Assembly: GCA_965279035.1 (NCBI GenBank)
Contig: CBDIHM010000003.1
Coordinates: forward strand, 32,001 to 96,000
Direction: 5' to 3'
DNA length: 64,000 nt
From: Bacteroidia bacterium
Lineage (GTDB): Bacteria > Bacteroidota > Bacteroidia > M30B66
Shown: in pieces, positions 14,166 to 27,642 of the stretch
Position numbering within the stretch: the first letter of the stretch is position 1
Layout of the letters: each line of letters begins with the position of its first letter
Notes under the pieces: generated by a model
Database searches by the model: none
Told to the model about the DNA's origin: nothing
Seen by the model: the letters and a program-made list of their open reading frames with translations, nothing else
Position numbers and translations under genes: made by a program

Positions 14166-15217
14166 TCATAGCTTAATTTTTTCAATGCAACTCCTGCAAA
14201 TATCAAAATCACAATCATGGCAATTGTATGGAAACTAATTAGGCATCATGAATCCTGGAATTGAACAAATATCACATGAATAAGCTATATTTGGACGAAT
14301 TTTCATCTCATGATTACCTGGACACATGTGGGGAACATTATCTTTGAACTATATATCAGGTGGTAAACATTGTAAACAATAGAATTGTCTGCACTGAATA
14401 CAAATATATCTGCATATTTTTTTATTATGGCATTTACAACAAAACTATTTAGATTGAGGAACACCAGGAGCAACCCAAAAGTTTACTTTATGACCAGAAA
14501 AACAAATTTATTTATTATGAAAGTTTCCTACTTATCCAAATGGTGGAAATTATTCCTACACTTATGGATTCTTATCATTTTATTTCTTGAGAAAATTTTT
14601 AATTTCTTGGAGTTATTTATCTTATTCCTCATTTTTAAGTTTTAAATTTTTGATTTCTTATATTAATGCTTTTAAGCAAGAATGCAGTTTGAAATCTTCC
14701 TTATTTACCTCCAAACCACAATTAATACATTCTAGGAATTTCACAAATTGACATTGTTCTTTCTTTTAAAAAATAAAAAAAAATATATTACATGTGTTTA
14801 AAGTTCACTTTCTAAACCTATCCACCCACATTATTCCAAACAATTTTTAGTGATGTACTGACAATGGAATTTATGAAATAAAATTTTCTCATATTCAATT
14901 TACTCAAGACACCCATAATTTCTATTTCTACAATTAAATTTTAATGCAGCTATTTGGGCTTTGATTATTTTATGAGGCTATTTTGTCTCAAACTCTCCAG
15001 TACATCTATTTGGACATCTTTTTGAATAAATTTATAAGAAATTTTACTCATTCTTTGCCCTTTTCCAATCATTAACGCATTATTAACAATAAAGTGATTC
15101 ACAATGTTTGCATTCAACAGCATCAATAGCAAACATTAAACATATCCTACAAAGCAGGTTCTCACTGACATCTTATTGTGTATTGTAGTCATCTCTATCA
15201 GAAGTTTATTAGATCAT
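14166..15217 (-). CDS. RING + TRAF-type zinc-finger protein (E3 ligase-like) with C-terminal Cys-rich fingers, paralog B
   Basis: CRICLMFAIDAVECKHCESLYCQQC..CPNRC RING; 'CRNRNYGC' TRAF-type finger; C-terminal 'CDIC..C..CDFDICRSC'. Confidence 0.82.
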
Positions 15218-15274
15218 TTCTAGATTTTTTAAGTTTTTAAAGATAATTAAGGATAAAACTTTTTTTTTAAAAAA

Positions 15275-16498
15275 TCATTATATCAGACATCCTTCACCGT
15301 GTGGATTTTGTTTTTTTAAACATTCAGCACAAATATCAAAATCACATTATCTACACTGTAATGCTCTCTTGTCCATCATTTCTGAATCATCCCTATTACA
15401 AACATCACATATATATCCTCCACTATTTCTTTCATTAATTTAATGACCTGCAGGACAATGTGATGGTTTCTTATTAGTGATTCTAAATTATGGTGGTGCA
15501 CATTTCATACAAAAATAACTTTTACATTATACACATAAGTATCTACATATTGTTTTTTAGAGGCAATTCTCACATATTTATTTGCTGGCCTCGATGCCTG
15601 GAGCCAACCAAAATTAGAGGTTGTGCATTTTAGAGCATCTTAATTTGGAAGGCTCACAAAGACTTCCGCTTTTAGGAAATGGCTGGTTATTTATTAATTT
15701 TTGTGATCCAGCCATAGGTATAAATTAAGCTTCTTGTTATGGTAATGGTACTGATTAGTTCATATTTGGATATGGTGGAAATTTTTATTATTAAACGATT
15801 TAAATAGGAGATTATTTATTTTGTTGTTGAGGAACTTATTATATAATTATAGAACTTTCTTATTTTTGTTGAATGATTTAGGAATTTTATTATAATTCTT
15901 AGATTTAAGACTATTACAATTATGACATTGTTAGAAACTATTATTTCAATTCTTTGAGTTCCTATTTTAATTACCTGATGCAATCATGTTTTTAGATATC
16001 GACTTTCTAAATATCACATTCACATTTTTGGCATATAATGACTGTAACTTTCTGACAACCATATTACTATTCAATTTAAAAAATATAGATTTTACATGAT
16101 TTAATAGATCTACTTCAAGACCTTACCATTAGCAACCTGCAACACAGTGGGTGGTCTTAAACTTACATTCATTCTGATGTGACTTTATTGACTCATACAT
16201 TATAGTAACTTTGCATCCAAATTATCTATTTCTACAATATAATTTTATTTTTGATAATTCTATTCTGATCATTCGATGAGCTTGTTTTGTAAAAAACTTT
16301 CCAGCACATCTATTCGGACATCTTGTGTTAATAATAAGAATACTCATCTTTCTTAACAACCCAATCACCTATACATTGAGAACAGAAAAGATTCTCACAG
16401 CTTTTACATTCGAGGGGTTCAATAACTAGAAGAGTGCAAATGCCACAACACAGGTTATCAGGTACATCTTCAATTGGTTCAAAGTCATTTCGATCCAT
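15275..16498 (-). CDS. RING + TRAF-type zinc-finger protein with Q/P-rich linker, Cys-rich fingers and CaaX end, paralog A
   Basis: CGICTLLVIEPLECKSCENLFCSQC..CPNRC; CRNRQFGC; 'YICDVC...CRQCDFDICAEC'; terminates GEGCLIQ-TGA. Confidence 0.82.
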
Positions 16499-16535
16499 TT
16501 ATACAAAAAAAAATAATAAAATAATAATAAAAATT

Positions 16536-17963
16536 TCATTTTAATTTATCTTTTAGAAGTATTAGTTAATCTCTGATAAATTTTATGCAATTTTTTATTA
16601 TAACTTCTTTTCTTTCATTTGTTATCACCTATATATAAGCTACGATTTTGTTTGAAGTTGATTTTTAAGTAATTAAAGCATCATCAATCCACTTAGCATT
16701 ATTTAAATTTTTTAAGTCATTAAGTTTTTGCGAATGCTCAACCTTATACTATGTAATCTATTACTAGATAATATATCTTAATTCTAGAGTTAACTTAGCT
16801 GATTCTTTCAAAATATGAAATTTTTAGAGATATTTTAAGGATTCTTATAATATGGATTGCTCTTAAATATCAATCTATTAACTTGAGAGTTCATTATATG
16901 CTGCTTGTACTATATCTTTATATTCTTTAATTTCAAGAATTCCAAAATTGGAAATACATTTCTCACAACCAAACTAGGTTTCTTTATTTGTTGGCATTCT
17001 ATATCTAATCAACAAATGATGATAGGGACAATACTTGAAATCACTTTCCGGTTATTAAAATACTTATGTGGTTTCCAAATTACTGAAAGTGGAAATGTCT
17101 TATGCGAAATATCTATCATTATTTTAAAACTTCTATTCCTAGATTGGACTATCAATCTAATATTCATTCAATTTAGCGACTATAAAATCTAAATCCTTTC
17201 TCTGTTTTGGATCTTTATTGAGACATCCATTCAAAACATTTTTTATTATTTCTTTCCTTCTCTCGAATATATTTGCTTATTAGTATTCTTTATTTCTAAT
17301 TTAATAATTTTCAACTTTTATTTTATAATGGACCTCTTCCTCGCTCTTACCGTTAAAAAATGGAGTCCCATGAATTAATTCATCCAAAATAAGTCCCATA
17401 GCCCATATGTCAACACTTTTGTTATAACCAAATCCCTCCAATATTTCTGGTGCAACATAATAAGCTGTTCCTACACCTTAAGTAGTCATTCTGTCCGATT
17501 TTATAGAACTTAATCCAAAATCAGTAATTTTATAAATTTCCTCATTTTATTCGAATTATCTTAGTATGTTTTCTGGTTTAATATCTCTATGTACAATGTT
17601 TTATTGATGTAAAAATTATAATCCTTTAGCCACTTATGTAATTATATTAACGATCTTTTATTCATCTATCTTATTTCTTAACAACATCATTTCGAACAAA
17701 CTCCCACCAGTGCAATATTCAAGGAATATAAACAAAACACTACCAGATTCAAATATATCTAGAATTTTAATGACATTTCTATGGCTAATAGATTTGAGGG
17801 ATTTTAAAACATTTTTTTCTTATTACGATATTTATGAGTTTCTATTTGAAATCTTGACGGCAACTTTTTAGTTATCAATTTTTCTTATAGCTAGAAAAAC
17901 TTATGAAAATGCTCCTTACCCTATTAATTAACTAGTAATTTCATAATATTCCTCATATTTCAT
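16536..17963 (-). CDS. Ser/Thr protein kinase (ULK/ATG1-like catalytic domain)
   Basis: GQGAFSQV, VAVK, LEYCTGGSL, HRDIKPEN, TDFGLS, GTAYYVAPE and DIWAMG motifs. Confidence 0.88.
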
Positions 17964-18005
17964 TATTTTAATATAATTTTTTTTTTCTTTTTTTTCTTAT
18001 ATATA

Positions 18006-20285
18006 TCATTAAACTGTTTGAACAGCCAATTTTATTAGATGGTCTGTAAAAATCTTCAAACTTGCATCATCAGTTATATAATTGCCGCTCTCCACATTCT
18101 AATTCTAAACTGTATTAACTGATGGATTGACTCTGCTCTTAATATACCTTTCATGACCATGTCCATAATATGTCTTTATCAATCTTGGCACTGGGAATCT
18201 ATCTTCCATTATTAACTTTATAAAATTAATTAATGAATACCTTAACATCTTCAAATGGTGTATCCAAAAGCTCTTTAATATGAGCATATTCAGGCAATTC
18301 GTGATATCCTTCTTCTTTCCATTTTTGTACATTCTCACCATACCACACAACAACATTGAAGTAAGAGTCTAATAGTAATGCCACATCTGGTTTCAGGCTT
18401 TCAATATCTAGCATAACTGGTGATGGTTGAGGATCCTCTATCGTATATTATAGCAATGCAGGTTGAATCATTACTAAAGCATTTGTTACATTTTCTCTTG
18501 ATAAAGAAGCTCTATAAAATGTTGTTTCATCTGGTGATGCACCAAATGTAGTTATGAAATGACTTCTTCTTAAATGATACATGAATTGAGGATATAATTG
18601 AAATTCTGCTTGAATTTTAAAAGATGAAGGGTCATCCTTTTTGTAAGTTCCAAACCTACTCACCAATCTAATTAATGATCTATCGAGCCATTTTAGGACT
18701 TCTATTGATTCCTCAGTTTCAGTCTTACTAATTCCTAATCTGGCCATAAGTACACAAGCAGCTTCTTAATCAAATCCCTTCGCTAATTCATTATTAGTTT
18801 AAGCATCTGCGAATTTCCTCATTATAGTTGTGACTCTCAATCTCTAAACTCTACTTGAATGTCGATATAGTGTGATAAATTAAACAAATGCATGCGTACT
18901 ATTCGACTAATCCTTATTTGGGGCTAAATCTAAAATAAACAGTATAGTGGAATTCCTATCTAAACCACCTGCATACCAACTAGTTGTACCTCCTTCTCCT
19001 ATGATTTGCTCAGAAGCCATAGGTCCTTATTTCTTAAGGGAGATGCATGGGCCAATCGCTCCTTATATCTTAATGTCTTTTGATGCAAACATATCAATTC
19101 TGGATCCAAAACCCATTTTAAGAAAACCTTGAGAGTCCCTATCAAACAACTTTTTGTAAGATTCCCTAAAGACATCGCTATCGAATTTTTCCTGCATAAC
19201 CACAACTCCTCCAGTTTTCTCAGCTAAAAATTTCATTTCCAACAATCCAAATTAATCTAATGTGAATGCAAAAATATCGATAGTGAGATTTGACTTTATA
19301 GCTTTTTGTGTCAATTCATTATAAAATTTCTTGGCCTTACTCATATATTAGGTGTTGGGAGCTTCTTTCTAAATGTCAAGATAAGACCTTATAGTTTCCT
19401 CATAAAACTATCCTACAATTTATCCAGGACCTATCGTACAGGGTCCTCCTGCAAAGAATAGAATTTTCGAATATTAAGATGCATATTCTAAGATGATGCT
19501 ACCAATTTTTAATGCTGCACCATTAGCTCTCAATTCTCTCTATCCTGATGGAACAGGCCATGGATCAACTTACAAATCATCTAATATCGAATTGAATGAG
19601 AATTCACATTCACTCAAAGGGACTAAAAATCTGCTTATGATATCTGTCTTGTTTGTAATTTGTAACATATCTATAATTTATTATGGTTAGTAATCTTTTG
19701 ACATAAAACTATAACATTTTGGACATTCCTCATATCCAAGTTCATGAACAAAAACTGTTCTTCCATAAGTAATCAATCCCACTTAAGTATCTGGAGGAAT
19801 AATTGATAAGCTCTATTAGATAGCATCTCTAATTGCATATAATTCTTCTTTTGTTACACATGTATCGATAATATATAAAAATGATGCAGGAGTTGTTTAT
19901 TAATTGGCTAAAATATATTCGATTGTTGTTGATTAGGGTTATTTTTCAGCTGGTAATTATTATTCTGTAATGTGATCAGCATAATTTTTGGGGAATGGAT
20001 TTCTCATTGAACAAAATATACAAATCCATTGCTTATTTCTATAATCAACTTAACAATATGGATTTAAAATTGATCCACATCTACAATAAAGTGGCGAATA
20101 CTCGACAACTACTAGATTCTCTAGATCTTTCATGGGTGCTATTTATTAGAAAAATATAAATTACAATAGAAAACACCTATTGGCACAACAGCTCGAGTAA
20201 GCTAAACCTTCGTTGATGGTAGATTATTCCATGACATTCGAACAGCATCTTTAGATTCTAAACCATAAAAGTCTAATTGTTGCAT
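18006..20285 (-). CDS. SEC23: COPII coat subunit Sec23
   Basis: VRMSWN, zinc finger (CGSILNPYC...WICIFC), GGVVVM..FD, GFDQEAACVLMAR, WLDRSLIRL, YPQFMYHLRRS and TDDASL..F..HL..LAV. Confidence 0.97.
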
Positions 20286-20324
20286 TAGGGACACGTAATT
20301 CTTATAATAATAAAAAATTAGAAA

Positions 20325-21497
20325 TCAAATTTTTCTCTTAAACATAGCAATAAAAAATCCATCAGTTTCTCCTGGAAATATTCTGACATAGTTTTTATTA
20401 TCTATGCCACGTGTCTCCCATTCAGGGAATAAATTTATTACCATCCAATTAGGATTTTCAATTATAAATTAATTGGCGACGATTTCATTCTCCTCCTTAT
20501 AAATTGAGCAAGTTGAGTAAATGATTCTTTTTAATTTTGGAAACTTAGTCAAATGATTCAGCAAATTCAATTACAAATACTGTAAATTCTATACTTGTTC
20601 TACTTTATCAAATGGAACACTCAAATCCACATCATTTAGTCCTTCTACAACTCTCTACTTAATCATACCACTTCCAGAACATGAGGGATCTAAAAGGGCT
20701 AATTTAACATTCGGATAATCTAAAGGATTAACATCCAAGAAATCCATATTAAATGTTTTGACATCACAATTATATTTTTAAAGCCTATTGTTTAATAGAT
20801 TAAATCTCTGATAATCCTTTTCTATTGCAAATAGGGTTCCTTCTACTTGTTTTAATTTCATATATTAAGATAACTAAATTGTCTTATTTCCAGGAGCAGA
20901 ACAACAATCGATAATATCAAATTTCATGTTTTGCTTCTTGATACTTCTCATTAATAAGAATGCAGGCAATGCACTGGATTTACTTTACACAACATAATTG
21001 TTTGATTTTAAAAAATCGGGATTATCCTTAATAAACTATGAATATATTTCATAATCCACCTTTACTAGGTTGGGGACATGTTCGTCTAACATTCCAAATA
21101 AAGGTTGAGTGTTCTCAAAAAATCTAACATATATAGTTTTAGATTATTTGTCATAAATATGATAAAAATTTAGCAAACTAGTAATTAATGTATGGTGTTT
21201 TTTCAAATATTTAGATATTTAACCTCCAATTTTTTTAGCCTTTCTATTATTAGGATTAAATATTTCTAAAATCAATATGATAAGTAGATTGTGATCATTA
21301 ATTTAAAAGTAATCCAATTCCATTAATTATCTTATAATTTCTTATAAATAGTTGAAGTTCTACATAGCTTTATGAAGGAGGGCATAAGATTATTAAACAA
21401 ACTTTTCATCATTTGATTTGAAAACAATTGATTTAAGACTTTATTTAGTTGTTACTACCTTGGTTAAGAGCTTGCTTAATTATGAATATTTATTCAT
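20325..21497 (-). CDS. NSUN5: NOL1/NOP2/Sun-family RNA m5C methyltransferase (NSUN5/Rcm1-like)
   Basis: QSKSSALPA, DCCSAPGNKT, LLDPSCSGSG, IYSTCSIYKEENE and TDGFFIAMF motifs. Confidence 0.88.
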
Positions 21498-21513
21498 ATT
21501 TTTTTTTTAATAA

Positions 21514-22151
21514 TCATTTTGGATTGGCTAATATTCCTCTGAACGTCTTCACTCCACCAAATGCAATATTAATTCTCTCCTTCTTGGGTTAATTTTTCTC
21601 ATAAGATTATGATCTTCCTACTGGTTCTAAGATTGGAGACTTCATAGGTTAGCATGCTGGAGTATTGAACTTTTGATTTTTTTTTTTTAAATATATATAC
21701 TTTTGACTTTGACTTCAAACTAACTTGACCACCTTCTTCTTTAATCTTCTATTTCTCCATTTTCTCTATCTTTTTATCTCTTTCCTTCTAAGCATCAATG
21801 ATGAAGTTCTTCAAAATCAAACTATCCCTAACAATTTTTGAAGAATTCAGATTCCTAAAAAAACTATCAAGTTATTATCTTCTATGTTCTATTAATTCTG
21901 GGTTGGCATTAGTATTTCTCCACCATTATGTTCCAGGAAATTTTGGCAATTAAACTTTAAGTGTTTCTAACTATTCATTCAGTCTCTTTAAATCACTATA
22001 TCTATATTCTACAGTAAAATTGTATCCCCTCTAAAGTTCCTCTAGACTTTTTAGGTCTTATATATAAATAATACTTCAATTGATAGTGTACGACATCGTC
22101 TTATTTTTTAAATGAAGGCACTGTGATTAAAATTGATGCATTTTCTTACAT
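21514..22151 (-). CDS. PX-domain protein
   Basis: 'VHYQL...TVEYRYSDLKRLNEQL...LPKFPGTQWW...IEHRRQQLDSFF' matches the PX consensus; two short introns. Confidence 0.8.
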
Positions 22152-22164
22152 AAATAATATAAAA

Positions 22165-25100
22165 TCATTAAACTAAAATATTTGTTAATCTATGAATGCT
22201 TTGATATTCTTAAAGTAGGGATTTTATCTTTGCTTAAATAAATGTTTATACCTCAAATGCCATATTGGTTCCAAAATTAACTTTTATATCATGAAGCTTC
22301 ATATCAATTTGTAAAGCATAGCATTTTACATCACTAATGGCATCGAAATCATATGATTAAACAATCACTTTGGATGAATTAATTAAATTCAAACCTCTAT
22401 GGTTTATGCCTATAATTAATAATACAAAATTACCTAAATACATATTAGCATAAATAGTAACAGATAACTTATCATGAAATGTCTTTAACACTTATTAATT
22501 AACATCAACATAATATAAGGTTGTTCCAAATAACTATTTTGTCATAATGAAACTTAGAAACTATTATAAGGCCAAAGGTAATTTTTCTGTATATTAAGAT
22601 TACTTCATCTCATCTAAAACACATAGTTTATGGATCTATTTTTTTATTTATTCGATCTAAAGCTATATATTTTCGAACCAAACAAAATCACTCTACAATT
22701 TTAGAATGTGGGGTGGTATAATTTTTTAGTAGTTCTCCTTAATGCCTTATCCCTTATAAATGTTATAATCATATTCTTTGATTATGTTATAGTATGCACA
22801 TACTAGAAAGTACTCAAATTTTGACAATAAATACTTATCTTTATTGATTTCATCAAAAACTTAATATGATATTAATCTCATTCGTTATATTTGCTATTTA
22901 AAATCACCAGATTTAAAGTCAGCTAATTCCTACCCTGGTTATAAGAATAAAAATTTCTTAAGATATAGATTTTTTTCAGTAACTGTTTTTAGGTATTTAG
23001 TTACTGTCTAAAATAATCCTTTAACAGAGCCTCTTGGTTGTGGTTAATTTTATTGATTATGAAACTGACTTAATGGTTCGTCCTAATCTACTAATGTGCA
23101 ATCTTGAAAAGAATCCCCCAGAAATAATCTAAAGTCAACACATGATGTTAGGCATAAATGTTATGCCACCTTATTGACTAACTCAAAACTTCTTGTACTA
23201 CTCTTAAAACCAAATTCGATTCGTTACCCATCAGCTAGATCAACATGCCATTTATGTTCACATAATTAAGCTTATTCCCCGAATTCTATTGAATTTTCAT
23301 TAGCAACTTCATAGAAAGTACTCCTATTCTCCATTTGATTTAGATTTTCTAATAGAATGGTGCCTTTCCTGCTTGCCAAAACTTCTTATTGATTTGATTT
23401 GACAGATGTGAACTTTGATTACATGATGTTCTACATAACTTAGCTATGATTTAACGATTATCTATTTGTATTTTTTAATTTATCAGGTAAATCATAAAAG
23501 TTCTCGTCGATACTTAATAATTTTAAAACCTTTCTTTAATACTATTCGTCATTCATAATTTTCTTAGAATTTAAAACAAGCTACAAAAATTGCTATATCA
23601 CTATCATTCTATCATTCAGTAATTTAGGATTAGTTGTTCAGCCAATTAGAACTAGATAAATGAGGAGGTTAGAGTTCTTTATCGAATTATCTAACCAATT
23701 TTTCTAATTCCTATATTTGGCTATATCTAACAAATATCTTCAATTGTATTTAATCAATTGTAATTAAAGTAATATAGACAGTATATCTTTTTATGGAACT
23801 AGGATTCCGTATATCTGTACCTTTCACGTCTACTCTTATTTGTTGTTTCTATTATTTATCAGATTTTAATTATCTAATCTAATCTCTCTAAAATAATTGT
23901 TATATTATTTTTTCTAATTTAATTTTAAGTTCTTTTCTCTATTCATCTTTATCGAACGTAAATACTAAACATTAATTGTATGATAAAATCTCTAATAGAT
24001 TCTGTTTAAATTGATTATCTTCTTTCTCATATACTTTAGTAAACGATGATATTACCAGATGGTTCTAATATTTATAATTACATTCTCCAGATTTTGTGAG
24101 TAGCAATAAATTATTAAAAGCATATAAAATTATAGGTATATCCTGTTTATCATGATATAACTAACATGTTTCTTCAAATATGAACTCTCTGTTTGCCTCT
24201 GCTATTTGTACATAGCCACAGTAAAGATTATGCAATTCAAATGTTTTAAGTTATCCCAATTGCTTGCTCATCTTCTCATTATTATCATTATTGATTATTT
24301 CAAATTTCTTTAAACACTTAACTATGTTTTCATAGTCCAAATGAAAGGTTTCAGTATGTTTTAACAAATCTTTATAAAGTAGTACATATTTAGGTAACCT
24401 TTATACAGGCTTAACAAGAAAACTATGGATATCTAATCCTCTTAAAACATTTGATTTTCTCAATTGTTGCATAAGTGTGGCATATTGTTTATCCTTTTCA
24501 TATTATTCTATTGTTTTCGAAGATTATTTAAACTCATTGCAATAGTCGTAATAAACTTTGAAGCCATCAAGATATGGTATTATTTTACCCATTATATCCT
24601 TTTATTTATCTTGAAAAGCTCCCTATAAAGTTGACAGGATAATTTAATTGAAAGTATGAATTGTTTAAATGTTGTTAAATATCTTCTTCATATCAAATTG
24701 ATTTACAAATTTAGACATAGGTTTCATAATATAATTTATAACTATAGCTAAATCTTAAACATACCTGTCCTCGGTGTCAATGATCTCCTTAATAACAAAC
24801 TATCTGTGCCTACTTCTCTTCATCATAATTTTGAATCTCTTTTTAAATAATTTATTTCGAAAAAATCTTTAAATCATTATAATTTTCTTTAATTGTTGAT
24901 AGAAATAAGCATCCTGCCTAACCAAAACCGGCATTTATGATTTATTCATAAAAATAACCTAACTCGAATATTTCATTTCTTATGTAGTCATCCTTATGGA
25001 TTTATGAATTTCAGCATTCTAATATTACTTCTACTCTAACTCTAATTACTTGCTCCTGGTACGAACACTCATCAACAAATAGTTAGATTTGTTTATCTTT

Positions 25101-26317
25101 GTATCTTAAAGCTCATCAAACTAGATGTTAGAGCTTACAATATCCTGTTGTTCTGATTAATCATCATCTCCATCACTTTCGGCCAAGGTTATTTCAACCT
25201 CACCTAATGTTCTTTTGCTTACTAATAATTGAAACGATGTTTGCTATCTGAATAAGGGTTCAGGCTGCTATTCTTATTAGGATTATTTCTCAATACTTTC
25301 CGCTAAGACCTTTTCTTATTCATCATATTCATCACTATTTGCTAATGGATTTCCGTAGATTTTTTGTTCTGGCTTTTAAATTATTTATTGTATTTCTGCA
25401 GTTTTATCTTCTAATTTATTTATATTATATTATCCTGATTAATTTATATTTTAGTCTGTATTATTTTTATCGATTGCTTCAGAGATTTCTTATTCTAGGC
25501 CTTACTACTATAAATTTGAAGTCTATTGCTCAGCGATTTCTTACTTTAATAAACTTACATCATTTTCATTTATATCATTTTAAATTTATAATGGTAATAT
25601 CTAAGGCTCCTATTATAATTTTAATTATTTTTGCTCTTATTACTAGATACTTTCATTAATTATATTTTTATAATTAAAAGTGGATAATTATTTTATTGAT
25701 TGTTATAGATCTTGTCCAATTTATGAATCAATTTAATCATTTTATTCCTCTTCCTGTTGGTTATCGTTATCATCCTCTGACCCACTATCGATTATTACCG
25801 CTTTATAAGTACTCTGTAAAATATTTTAACTTTATTTTATACTCAACTACATCTGACTTGGTATATTATATAAATTATCTCTTCTAGATAGATAATCATA
25901 ACTATTTGATGATAATAAACTTTTCTATGATTTCTCTTATTATTAATCTAAATCATTATATTCCTTCTATTATTCATCTTATTCTAACTAAATTGGCTTA
26001 ATAATCTCTTATTGTAAAATTACATCTTATGGAATCTAATCATTTTTTATTTCTGCTGATATAGATTCCTCATTACAATCAACTTACCTTGCAGCTAGCT
26101 TTTATTTCAATTAGTTCATAAATTGCTAAGATTGAGCTAAAGCTTATAAATTTTATTTTTATTGTGGAATTGAATCATGCTCTTGTTTTTAAGTTTGATT
26201 AAACTCATCTTTAAGATTTTATTAATCACCCTTATCAATTTGTCTAGTAATAGCATCATTCTGAATGATTATAATTTTTTAAGCATCAGCTTCCTACAAT
26301 TCCTTATTTATTTACAT
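22165..26317 (-). CDS. Large RhoGEF (DH-PH) protein with IQ, PX and FERM-like regions; apparent 1-nt frameshift near 23630
   Basis: IQ-like 'IMIQRFFR'; DH 'IKEIIDTEDRYVQDL...FLVKPVQRLPKYVLLYKDLLKHT'; PX 'YTVY...VRYSQ...PPHL'; FERM-like 'VDLADGQRIEF...VAQHLCL...FRLF...YLKKFLF'. Confidence 0.75.
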
Positions 26318-26355
26318 TAAATTATATAATATTGTTTTTAACGATCAAAAAAAGA

Positions 26356-27210
<855 letters not shown>

Positions 27211-27642
27211 ACAGCAGGTCTGCCCTTGTCCTGAGGAGACCAACCTCCCATGGGTCAGTGTGCAGGCCAGCTGCAAGCATGAGCGCGCTCTCAGACCCAG
27301 TGAGACTCATAACTCTGAGAAAGAGTCCCCATAGTGCGATTGATTATTGTTCTGAACCCTTGGCCATGGCACAGAAGAAAGTTGGCTGAGCAATGAGTGC
27401 ATTCATGCCCCTTTTGTATGTGCTGGCAACTGCAGCTTCCAAGCAGGTCAGCCAATCTTCTCATCCTGATAGCCTTTGGCAGCGGCTTGAAGGAGAGCAG
27501 AATCACATCTCACTCTTGCAGAATTCCGCATCTGCTGGAGAGCCGCAGCCTCCAGTTAGTGGCCGTGTTACTTAAAGCTTGGCTCCTGTGATTAAGTTGG
27601 ACACTGATGTGAAGCTCTCTCCATCTTTTCTGTGCCCTGCAG

